64,000 bases of DNA from Eimeria praecox (Eukaryota), in assembly GCA_963920595.1 (NCBI GenBank), contig OY986949.1, positions 372,001 to 436,000 on the forward strand, in the 5' to 3' direction. The translations under genes and the position numbers were made by a program. The number at the start of each line of letters is the position of its first letter. The first letter of the stretch is position 1. Under the pieces are notes generated by a model. That model ran no database searches and was not told where the DNA came from. It saw only the letters and a program-made list of their open reading frames with translations. Positions 1-12,800 of the stretch are shown here, one piece after another.

Positions 1-90
1 GAACTGCAATCTCTCAAAGGCGCTTCCGTAATTTCCTTGCACAATCAAAGTCTGTCCAAAGGCTGCTGCAGGCTATTACTTTATCTCCCC

Positions 91-3000
91 ACATCAGCTA
101 CGTCAGGTGCGGTATGCAGCAGCAACCCACGGTCTGAGTCAAATTGGCACCATAAGACGGCAGGCGACGGCTTGCAGCGTTGCGAGCCACCGCGAGCTAA
201 GTATGCTGCATTGTGCACCACAACAAATCGAGCAGCCAAACGCTCGATGACATTCACGTGTGGACATATCCAATCGCTCCAACCAAAATACCACTTTTCA
301 GCACAACAAACTACTACGCGAGACCAAAAATAGCAAGAATGGAAAAGCGGCGCAGACCAGCCAATCAAGCATAGACCCGGCAGGCTGACCAAGGAGCACC
401 AAAATATTCTTTTCGTGAGTTCGCTGTGCGCGAACCCATAAAACGGATACTGTGCAACTGCCGTGGTGCCTGGACTATGTTATTTTGCCTGAAGCCTTAA
501 CAGCCTTCATTGAAGCTCCGCGTTTCCCGCCTGCCCACCCTGTCCCTTCGCTTCTACACGCATCTACAGCCACCACCATCTTCTACAAGCAAAACTTACA
601 CACTGCAAGGGGTAGAAGCGTGCTAACGCACATGGCTGCATGACGCCCCAAGACGTAAGTCACTGCCACGCCCCGCAGAGCCTATACGCTATGCTAACAC
701 TCTCGCCGCATCTTCTCCAAAGCCCCGCAGTAACCCCCCACACACGCCAGGTAGCTTGCCGTCCCGGGAAAATGTGGATCGCTCGAAACATGGCCCGCAG
801 GACCCCAACGGTGCCGAACTATACCTGCAGTTGCATACAAGCCTCCCGCCCAAGCTCAATTGAAGTCCCATGATCTTACACAAAAACCGCCGTCATAAGT
901 GCAGATGCGCAATGTTTGCTCCGTCGACGCAAGCACGATTTGGGGATTTTCGCAGGGGCCGAACACCTTCCCGCCCTTTAAACCTTCTTTGACGTGCTCC
1001 TTTTGCAGCCCAACCCATGACGCTAAACTTCGACACAACAGTGTGGACGCTGCCGTAGGCCACCGCCAGTATAAAGAAACATTCCCCTTCCATATATGGC
1101 TTGCCGGATTCCCATACACAAACGGCACGTAACGGACGCTGTCCAGCTGAGCATGGACCCCGCGTAGCTGGGCTGTTCACAAGCCCTGACGCAACCTGCA
1201 AACAGATCCCTGACTCAGGCGACTCCGCATCTGCATCTGCACTTACGCGCTGAAACACAAAGCCTATATTTCAAATGCGGCATAAGCTGTCCTGACCACG
1301 TCACTATTCGCGCAAAACGCAGAGCACGTATGCTAGTGCAGGGCAATACTGTGTGCCATCTCTCCAACAAAAGGATGTTAACAACTTCCGCAGCGAGCGA
1401 ACGAAAAGGGAAAACACAAGACACTACAGGAACCCCTGCCAGCATCATCCCAGCAACAGCAGCACACCAGCCATACGACGCGAAGGCGATGCCAGACATT
1501 CAGCAAGCCGCATTAACTCTGCAATCCCAGAAGCAAGGAACCAAGCGCAACTAACCCTTCTGCTCTGCAGCTGATATATCATATCGCCTCTCATATTCAC
1601 CTTTTCACGACGCTGAGCAGACTAAGAGCTCGAGGCGTCGGCTTTAGGCCGTTACACAGCAATGCAAACACTTGCAACGACACACTGCAAAACCAGCAGG
1701 TCCACTCTCCTGACTCCAGCATCCTGCCGACGTGAACTGCTCGATAGCTACCTTATTAGAACGTCTGCCGTAAACGCCACAGCCCCATATCAACCGCTAA
1801 CTCCAGAGAAGTTCGTATCTTTATAACGCAGGTTCATACGTGCCCAAGGAGGAAGGGAACTTCTAAAGCTGCATTTCCGTGCCGCGAGCCACGCTCTAAT
1901 CGCGGGCCCATATTAAGTGTCATGAGGCTTCAAGTCTTCGCACATCCTGCATTGCGCCAAATCATGATCTGCCACTTCCCCTGCAGTAAGCATGCGCATT
2001 GCGCAAAAGGCTGAGGCGTTTCGATGCTCATGAACCCTCTTTCTACAGTGGCATCACCACTGCCAGAGAGTGCGTCTTCTTCGGCAGCACACAGTGTGAA
2101 CGACGTGTTTTGGGAATCCAAAGTGCAAGGCACGCCGCCAATCCTACTTGTTTGCATCTCCCGCAATTATGCTACAGACTAATGAGCCATGCATGAAAAT
2201 ATCAACCAGCTTATCCTATCTGCCAACTCGTCAGGAAACGCCTCAAGTCAAATCGTCAGTCGACAAATCGCACAGCAGTCACGACGCCTAACGCGTGGTT
2301 TTATGGTTTTATGAGCTCTCCGTCGTTCTCATTAGCAAACGATGAGGCTGGTGGAGAGATTGTCAAATGATCGATAAAGCCTGCTCGCTAGGAAGATCAA
2401 ACTCTGGCCACATGATTCGCCCAACATGCGCCGCTAACAAAGCACAAGCAGTTGGCTGTGTGATGCAATAGGCAAGAAGCATTACCCTGGCCACACAAGC
2501 CTATTGCTGACACAGTGTGCTTCGCCAGGCCGCCCAAGTCATCACGCCTTGCCAGCCTGGCATCAAAACCTATGGTTTTCCAAACGCGTTAGCCTCGACG
2601 TACCCGCTGCCACGGAAACTCCCTTTCACCTTGCAGACGCTGCACAAGAATTTCGTTTTCGGAAGAGCACCTTTAATACTGCACACAAGCGTTTTTCAAA
2701 CCTAAGGAGACGCTGCTCATCAGAACGTGCCGGGGCACCTTTACGTGCACGTATACGCATGCGTGCCCTACAAAAACGTACTGTGCAGTCGTCAACTTGA
2801 CGACAAACAATGCATGACAAAGCTCCGATGAATGAGGCCGACTATCATCCGATCGCTATACTTAAGGCCTATTACCCAGCAACGCAAATCTATACCGCAA
2901 ATCCAATATCGACGAATTGACCCACCTCCTGCGGCGCAACGTGCATCAGAAAGCACCATGCAGTGTGCATTCTCCCACCACTGCTTAGGTGCGTTATGTA

Positions 3001-4371
3001 CTGCTAAGCGCGCTTCTCTGACAAACCCAGCCAGATTCAGCTGAACTATCTTAACCGATAATAAACACCAATCAGACTAAATACCCTAAGCGCTGAACTT
3101 GTAGGTCAGTCAGCGTGATTATGCGCTATGCGCCCCTCCAGCGCGTGCGCACTTCATCGCAGACAAGCATATTTTTCCCCTCTACGCGCAGCTGTTTTGA
3201 TACGGTGCGCACAGTTAGCATCAGCCCTAAATGAAGTACTGGTTTGCCCACAAGCATTCCTCCATAACCAGAGAGGAAAACGCCGCGAGCAACAAGTGCA
3301 CGTCATGCTTGGTGTTGCTCTGCACTCGCAGCTGCAACCTTCCGTAAACCATACCAAACAATGCCCAACGCATCAGCACTTGTTCGCCTGCAAATTGCCT
3401 ACAGCACTACACGAGCAGCACGCAGAAAATGACCCTAATTGAGAATCCTGATTAAGGCAGTCTTTCGAAGGCCCTACACTGCAAGTGCTGCCAACGCAGC
3501 TTCATGCACGACAAAGGTATCGGATCGTCCCATACTCAAACCGGGCAAAGCATCGCTTTCCACCCACTTCCTGTAGTTCGTATGTTGCCACTATTGTTCA
3601 GGTCCGTAAGCAAATAAAGTGCTGCCGCCAACCTCTTTAGACAATGTTATTACACACACGCCTGCAGCGCTCGACACGATGCAACACAGGGCCAAAAGAA
3701 ACTGAAATCAAAAGCAGCCCGATACGCTCAGCTTCACTTCTAGCTGGCCTTTCTCTTCTGGCATTGCATCGAACAAATGCTTGCTCAGCGCATCGCTGTC
3801 ATGAAGACGTGGGCTCTGAATTGGCATGCTAATGACTACAGAAACACAAGCTCATAACAAACTGAGCCGTCAAAAGCACCGAGAACTGGCGCAAGGCGCA
3901 GTCACTGCAAAACACGACTGTCCTCCACTAGCCGCTCCAATGCACCATCAAATACCCCCCTCAAACTGATGAACACACGTGCAGGGAGCTGAGAGCAACG
4001 CCACTGGCTCAGCAGTCTCTCCTTCCAGACACGACAGACCAGCAACAAGAGATGTCTTACGGAGCAGCAGGGCACGCCACTGCTGCGACTACAGAAACGC
4101 CCTTCCAGCCACATCCCTGTAGCTTTGCTCATGCGCCAACAGACCGAGACCCAGCCAGTGAAAGGATCACGCTCCAAAGCTGCACAAAGCTGCACGGGAA
4201 TCAAAAGTGGCTTGCGCTTTAAACGAAGGCACCTCTGCAAGCAGATGCCCAGCTGCATTCATACTCAGTCACCCCAAGGGAGTCTCACAGAGGGTCTCCC
4301 ATAGTTTGCTTGCGCACCCAAACTCTCACCCACTCTCCAACGGCTGCAGAAAACTGCGACTCTGTAACTAC
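91..4371. repeat. Unit A1 (long form; first ~600 bp is a diverged variant)
   Basis: Phased arbitrarily on aca(c/t)cagcta. Positions 1-~690 are only moderately similar to 4280-4980; the unit is near-identical to the A consensus from ~750. It carries the 158-bp segment at 2146-2303. Confidence 0.9.
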
Positions 4372-7300
4372 ACACCAGCTAAGTCAGGTACTGTAAGCAC
4401 AAGAAACCCACGGTCTGAGCCAAATTGGCACCATAAGACGGCAGACGGCTTGCAGCGTTGCGAGCCACCGCACGCTGAGTCTTCTACACTTGCAACACAA
4501 CAGTATAATATCGACGGACTGTCGACCTAGCAGCCGGACACCGGATGATATGCATGTCTGGACGTGTCCAGTCGCGGAATCCTAAACACCACTTCCCAGC
4601 ACAACAAACTAATACACCAGACCAAAACTAGCAAGAAGGGGAAAGCGGCGCACATCAGCCAATCAAACGCAGGCCTTGAGAGCTGACTAAAGGACCATTA
4701 AAGTATCCTTTGCTTTTCGCCACTTCGCGCACAACGTAGCCTCATGCAACTGCCGTGCTGCCGGGACTATCGCTTGCGCCCCGTTGGAAACCTCAACAAG
4801 CTGCACTGAAACACTGAGATTCCCTGGATTGCCTGCGTGCTTTTGTATCCAAGCGCTGCCGTCAACCTCTTCATCAGCCCGAACATACGAGCTGCGTGGC
4901 GTAGCACCCTGCTAACGCACATGGCTGTATGGCGGTAGACGACATGAGTCGGTGCCACGCCCCGCAGAGCTTGTACGCTATTCTAACGCTCTCGCCGCAT
5001 CTTCTCCAACGCCCCGTATCAAATGGCTACCCACAGGCACACCACATGGCTTGCCGTCCCGGGAAAATGTGGATCGCTCGAAACATGACCCGCAGGACCC
5101 CAACGGTGCCGAACTATACCTGCAGTTGCATACAAGCCTCCCGCCCAAGCACAATTGAAGTCCCATGATCTTACACAAAAACCGCCGTCATAAGTGCAGA
5201 TGCGCAATGTTTGCTCCGTCGACGCAAGCATGACTTGGGGATTTTCGCAGGGGCCGAACACCTTCCCGCCCTTTAAACCTTCTTTGACGTGCTCCTTTTG
5301 CAGTCCAACCCATGACGCTAAACTTCGACACAACAGTGTGGACGCTGCCGTAGGCCACCGCCGGTATAAAGAAACATTCCCCTTCCATATATAGCTTGCC
5401 GGATTCCCATACACAAACGGCACGTAACGGACGCTGTCCAGCTGAGCATGGACCCCGCGTGGCTGGGCTGTTCACAAGCCCTGACGCAACCTGCAAACAG
5501 ATCCCTGACTCAGGCGACTCCGCATCTGCATCTGCACTTACGCGCTGAAACACAAAGCCTATATTTCAAATGCGGCATAAGCTGTCCTGACCACGTCACT
5601 ATTCGCGCAAAACGCAGAGCACGTATGCTAGTGCAGGGCAATACTGTGTGCCATCTCTCCAACAAAAGGATGTTAACCACTTCCGCAGCGAGCGAACGAA
5701 AAGGGAAAACACAAGACACTACAGGAACCCCTGCCAGCATCATCCAAGCAACAGCAGCACACCAGCCATACGACGCGAAGGTGGTGCCAGACATTCAGCA
5801 AGCCGCATTAACTCTGCAATCTCAGAAGCAAGGAACCAAACGCAACTAACCCTTCTGCTCTGCAGCTGATATATCCTAGCGCCTCTCATATTCGCCTTTT
5901 CACGGCGCTGAGCAAACTAAGATCTCAAGGCGTCGGCTTTAGGCGTTACACAGCAATGCAAACGCTTGCAACGACACACTGCAAAACCAGCAGGTCCACT
6001 CTCCTGACTCCAGCATCCTGCCGACGTGAACTGCTCGATAGCTACCTTATTAGAACGTCTGCCGTAAACGCCACAGCCCCATATCAACCGCTAACTCCAG
6101 AGAAGTTCGTATCTTTATAACGCAGGTTCATGCGTGCCCAAGGAGGAAGGGAACTTCTAAAGTTGCATTTCCATGCCGCGAGCCACGCTCTAATCGCGGG
6201 CCCATATTAAGTGTCATGAGACTTCAAGTCTTCGCACATTCTGCATTGCGCCAAATCATGATCTGCCACTTCCCCTGCAGTAAGCATGCGCATTGAGCAA
6301 AAGGCTGAGGCGTTTCGATGCTCATGAACCCTCTTTCTACAGTGGCATCACCACTGCCAGAGAGTGCGTCTTCTTCGGCAGCACACAGTGTGAACGACGT
6401 GTTTTGGGAATCCAAAGTGCAAAGCACGCCGCCAATCCTACTCGTTTGCATCTCCCGCAATTATGCTACAGACTAATGAGCCATGCATGAAAATATCAAC
6501 CAGCTTATCCTATCTGCCAACTCGTCAGGAAACGCCTCAAGTCAAATCGTCAGTCGACAAATCACACAGCAGTCACGACGCCTAACGCGTGGTTTTATGG
6601 TTTTATGAGCTCTCCGTCGTTCTCATTAGCAAACGATGAGGCTGGTGGAGAGATTGTCAAATGATCGATAAAGCCTGCTCGCTAGGAAGATCAAACTCTG
6701 GCCACATGATTCGCCCAACATGCGCCGCTAACAAAGCACAAGCAGTTGGCTGTGTGATGCAATAGGCAAGAAGCATTACCCTGGCCACACAAGCCTATTG
6801 CTGACACAGTGTGCTTCGCCAGGCCGCCCAAGTCATCACGCCTTGCCAGCCTGGCATCAAAACCTATGGTTTTCCAAACGCGTTAGCCTCGACGTACCCG
6901 CTGCCACGGAAACTCCCTTTCACCTTGCAGACGCTGCACAAGAATTTCGTTTTCGGAAGTGCACCTTTAATACTGCACACAAGCGTTTTTCAAACCTAAG
7001 GAGACGCTGCTCATCAGAACGTGCCGGGGCACCTTTACGTGCACGTATACGCATGCGTGCCCTACAAAAACGTACTGTGCAGTCGTCAACTTGACGACAA
7101 ACAATGCATGACAAAGCTCCGATGAATGAGGCCGACTATCATCCGATCGCTATACTTAAGGCCTATTACCCAGCAACGCAAATCTATACCGCAAATCCAA
7201 TATCGACGAATTGACCCACTTCCTGCGGCGCAACGTGCATCAGAAAGCAACATGCAGTGTGCATTCTCCCACCACTGCTTAGTGCGTTATGTACTGCTAA

Positions 7301-8664
7301 GCGCGCTTCTCTGACAAACCCAGCCAGATTCAGCTGAACTATCTTAACCGATAATAAACACCAATCAGACTAAATACCCTAAGCGCTGAACTTGTAGGTC
7401 AGTCAGCGTGATTATGCGCTATGCGCCCCTCCAGCGCGTGCACACTTCATCGCAGACAAGCATATTTTTCCCCTCTACGCGCAGCTGTTTTGATACGGTA
7501 CGCACAGTTAGCATCAGCCCTAAATGAAGTACTGGTTTGCCCACAAGCATTCCTCCATAACCAGAGAGGGAAACGCCGCGAGCAACAAGTGCACGTCATG
7601 CTTGGTGTTGCTCTGCACTCGCAGCTGCAACCTTCCGTAAACCATACCAAACAATGCCCAACGCATCAGCACTTGTTCGCCTGCAAATTGCCTACAGCAC
7701 TACACGAGCAGCACGCAGAAAATGACCCTAATTGAGAATCCTGATTAAGGCAGCCTTTCGAAGGCCCTACACTGCAAGTGCTGCCAACGCAGCTTCATGC
7801 ACGACAAAGGTATCGGATTGTCCCATACTCAAACCGGGCAAAGCATCGCTTTCCACCCACTTCCTGTAGTTCGTATGTTGCCACTATTGTTCAGGTCCGT
7901 AAGCAAATAGAGTGCTGCCGCCAACCTCTTTAGACAATGTTATTACACACACGCCTGCAGCGTTCGACACGATGCAACACAGGGCCAAAAGAAACTGAAA
8001 TCAAAAGCAGCCCGATACGCTCAGCTTCACTTCTAGCTGGCCTTTCTCTTCTGGCATTGCATCGAACAAATGCTTGCTCAGCGCATCGCTGTCATGAAGA
8101 CGTGGGCTCTGAATTGGCATGCTAATGACTACAGAAACACAAGCTCATAACAAACTGAGCCGTCAAAAGCACCGAGAACTGGCGCAAGGCGCAGTCACTG
8201 CAAAACACGACTGTCCTCCACTAGCCGCTCCAATGCACCATCAAATACCTCCCTCAAACTGATGAACACACGTGCAGGGAGCTGAGAGCAACGCCACTGG
8301 CTCAGCAGTCTCTCCTTCCAGACACGACAGACCAGCAACAAGAGATGTCTTACGGAGCAGCAGGGCACGCCACTGCTGCGACTACAGAAACGCCCTTCCA
8401 GCCACATCCCTGTAGCTTTGCTCATGCGCCAACAGACCGAGACCCAGCCAGTGAAAGGATCACGCTCCAAAGCTGCACAAAGCTGCACGGGAATCAAAAG
8501 TGGCTTGCGCTTTAAACGAAGGCACCTCTGCAAGCAGATGCCCAGCTGCATTCATGCTTAGTCACCGCAAGGGAGTCTCACAGAGGGTCTCCCATAGTTT
8601 GCTTGCGCACCCAAACTCTCACCCACTCTCCAACGGCTGCAGAAAACTGCGACTCTGTAACTAC
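4372..8664. repeat. Unit A2 (long form, 4293 bp)
   Basis: Anchor acaccagctaag at 4372 and 8665; 158-bp segment present at 6440-6597. Confidence 0.95.
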
Positions 8665-11600
8665 ACACCAGCTAAGTCAGGTACTGTAAGCACAAGAAAC
8701 CCACGGTCTGAGCCAAATTGGCACCATAAGACGGCAAACGGCTTGCAGCGTTGCGAGCCACCGCACGCTGAGTCTTCTGCACTTGCAACACAACAGTGTT
8801 GTATCGACGGACTGCCGACCTAGCAGCCGGACACCGGATGATATGCATGTCTGGACGTGTCCAGTCGCGGAATCCTAAACACCACTTCCCAGCACAACAA
8901 ACTAATACACCAGACCAAAACTAGCAAGAAGGGGAAAGCGGCGCACATCAGCCAATCAAACGCAGGCCTTGAGAGCTGACTAAAGGACCATTAAAGTATC
9001 CTTTGCTTTTCGCCACTTCGCGCACAACGTAGCCTCATGCAACTGCCGTGCTGCCGGGACTATCGCTTGCGCCCCGTTGGAAACCTCAACAAGCTGCACT
9101 GAAACACTGAGATTCCCTGGATTGCCTGCGTGCTTTTGTATCCAAGCGCTGCCGCCAACCTCTTCATCAGCCCGAACATACGAGCTGCGTGGCGTAGCAC
9201 CCTGCTAACGCACATGGCTGTATGGCGGTAGACGACATGAGTCGGTGCCACGCCCCGCAGAGCCTGTACGCTATTCTAACGCTCTCGCCGCATCTTCTCC
9301 AACGCCCCGTATCAAACGGCTACCCACAGGCACACCACGTGGCTTGCCGTCCCGGGAAAATGTGGATCGCTCGAAACATGACCCGCAGGCCCCCAAAGGT
9401 GCCATCCATACCTGCAGTTGCATACAAGCCTCCCGCCCAAGCTCAATTGAAGTCCCATGATCTTACACAAAAACCGCCGTCATAAGTGCAGATGCGCAAT
9501 GTTTGCTCCGTCGACGCAAGCACGATTTGGGGATTTTCGCAGGGGCCGAACACCTTCCCGCCCTTTAAACCTTCTTTGACGTGCTCCTTTTGCAGTCCAA
9601 CCCATGACGCTAAACTTCGACACAACAGTGTGGACGCTGCCGTAGGCCACCGCCGGTATAAAGAAACATTCCCCTTCCATATATAGCTTGCCGGATTCCC
9701 ATACACAAACGGCACGTAACGGACGCTGTCCAGCTGAGCATGGACCCCGCGTGGCTGGGCTGTTCACAAGCCCTGACGCAACCTGCAAACAGATCCCTGA
9801 CTCAGGCGACTCCGCATCTGCATCTGCACTTACGCGCTGAAACACAAAGCCTATATTTCAAATGCGGCATAAGCTGTCCTGACCACGTCACTATTCGCGC
9901 AAAACGCAGAGCACGTATGCTAGTGCAGGGCAATACTGTGTGCCATCTCTCCAACAAAAGGATGTTAACCACTTCCGCAGCGAGCGAACGAAAAGGGAAA
10001 ACACAAGACACTACAGGAACCCCTGCCAGCATCATCCAAGCAACAGCAGCACACCAGCCATACGACGCGAAGGTGGTGTCAGACATTCAGCAAGCCGCAT
10101 TAACTCTGCAATCCCAGAAGCAAGGAACCAACCACCACTAACCCTTCTGCTCTGCAGCTGATATATCATATCGCCTCTCATATTCACCTTTTCACGACGC
10201 TGAGCAGACTAAGAGCTCAAGGCGTCGGCTTTAGGTCGTTACACAGCAATGCAAACACTTGCAACGACACACTGCAAAACCAGCAGGTCCACTCTCCTGA
10301 CTCCAGCATCCTGCCGACGTGAACTGCTCGATAGCTACCTTATTAGAACGTCTGCCGTAAACGCCACAGCCCCATATCAACCGCTAACTCCAGAGAAGTT
10401 CGTATCTTTATAACGCAGGTTCATGCGTGCCCAAGGAGGAAGGGAACTTCTAAAGTTGCATTTCCGTGCCACGAGCCACGCTCTAATCGCGGGTTCATAT
10501 TAAGTGTCATGCGACTTCAAGTCTTCGCACATCCTGCATTGCGCCAAATCATGATCTGCCGCTTCCCCTGCAGTAAGCATGCGCATTGCGCAAAAGGCTG
10601 AGGCGTTTCGATGCGCATGAACCCTCTTTCTACAGTGGCATCACCACTGCCAGAGAGTGCGTCTTCTTCGGCAGCACACAGTGTGAACGAAGTGCTTTGG
10701 GAATCCAAAGTGCAAAGCACGCCGCCAATCCTTGGTTTTATGAGCTCTCCGTCGTTCTCATTAGCAAACGATGAGGCTGGTGGAGAGATTGTCAAATGAT
10801 CGATAAAGCCTGCTCGCTAGGAAGATCAAACTCTGGCCACATGATACGCCCAATATGCGCCGCTAACAAAGCGCAAGCAGTTGGCTGTGTGATGCAATAG
10901 GCAAGAAGCATTACCCTGGCCACACAAGCCTATTGCTGACACAGTGTGCTTCGCCAGGCCGCCCAAGTCATCACGCCTTGCCAGCCTGGCATCAAAACCT
11001 ATGGTTTTCCAAAGGCGTTAGCTTCAACGTACCCGCTGCCACGGAAACTCCCTTTCACCTTGCAGACGCTGCACAAGAATTTCGTTTTCGGAAGTGCACC
11101 TTTAAGACTGCACATAAGCGTTTTTCAAACCTAAGGAGACGCTGCTCATCAGAACGTGCCGGGGCACCTTTACGTGCACGTATACGCATGCGTGCCCTAC
11201 AAAAACGTACTGTGCAGTCGTCAACTTAACGACAAACAATGCATGACAAAACTCCGATGAATGAGGCCGACTATCTTCCGATCGCTATACTTAAGGCCTA
11301 TTACCCAGCAACGCAAATCTATACCGCAAATCCAATATCGACGAATTGACCCACCTCCTGCGGCGCAACGTGCATCAGAAAGCACCATGCAGTGTGCATT
11401 CTCCCACCACTGCTTAGGTGCGTTATGTACTGCTAAGCGCGCTTCTCTGACAAACCCAGCCAGATTCAGCTGAACTATCTTAACCGATAATAAACACCAA
11501 TCAGACTAAATACCCTAAGCGCTGAACTTGTAGGTCAGTCAGCGTGATTATGCGCTATGCGCCCCTCCAGCGCGTGCATACTTCATCGCAGACAAGCATA

Positions 11601-12800
11601 CTTTTCCCCTCTACGCGCAGCTGTTTTGATACGGTACGCACAGTTAGCATCAGCCCTAAATGAAGTACTGGTTTGCCCACAAGTATTCTTCCATAACCAG
11701 AGAGGAAAACGCCGCGAGCAACAAGTGCACGTCATGCTTGGTGTTGCTCTGCACTCGCAGCTGCAACCTTCCGTAAACCATACCAAACAATGCCCAACGC
11801 ATCAGCACTTGTTCGCCTGCAAATTGCCTACAGCACTACACGAGCAGCACGCAGAAAATGACCCTAATTGAGAATCCTGATTAAGGCAGCCTTTCGAAGG
11901 CCCTACACTGCAAGTGCTGCCAACGCAGCTTCATGCACGACAAAGGTATCGGATCGTCCCATACTCAAACCGGGCAAAGCATCGCTTTCCACCCACTTCC
12001 TGTAGTTCGTATGTTGCCACTATTGTTCAGGTCCGTAAGCAAATAAAGTGCTGCCGCCAACCTCTTTAGACAATGTTATTACACACACGCCTGCAGCGTT
12101 CGACACGATGCAACACAGGGCCAAAAGAAACTGAAATCAAAAGCAGCCCGATACGCTCAGCTTCACTTCTAGCTGGCCTTTCTCTTCTGGCATTGCATCG
12201 AACAAATGCTTGCTCAGCGCATCGCTGTCATGAAGACGTGGGCTCTGAATTGGCATGCTAATGACTACAGAAACACAAGCTCATAACAAACTGAGCCGTC
12301 AAAAGCACCGAGAACTGTCTCAAGGCGCAGTCACTGCAAAACACGGCTGTCCTCCACTAGCCGCTCCAATGCACCATCAAATACCTCCCTCAAACTGATG
12401 AACACACGTGCAGGGAGCTGAGAGCAACGCCACTGGCTCAGCAGTCTCTCCTTCCAGACACGACAGACCAGCAACAAGAGATGTCTTACGGAGCAGCAGG
12501 GCACGCCACTGCTGCGACTACAGAAACGCCCTTCCAGCCACATCCCTGTAGCTTTGCTCATGCGCCAACAGACCGAGACCCAGCCAGTGAAAGGATCACG
12601 CTCCAAAGCTGCACAAAGCTGCACGGGAATCAAACGTGGCTTGCGCTTTAAACGAAGGCACCTCTGCAAGCAGATGCCCAGCTGCATTCATACTCAGTCA
12701 CCCCAAGGGAGTCTCACAGAGGGTCTCCCATAGTTTGCTTGCGCACCCAAACTCTCACCCACTCTCCAACGGCTGCAGAAAACTGCGACTCTGTAACTAC
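8665..12800. repeat. Unit A3 (short form, 4136 bp)
   Basis: Junction aatcct|tggttttatgagc at 10732/10733 lacks the 158-bp segment. Confidence 0.95.

Noticed and set aside
2788..2804. Intrinsic terminator or homology to the B palindrome GTCAACGTTGAC
   Set aside because: One-base loop, no U-tract, broken in three A copies, and not in register with the B palindrome.
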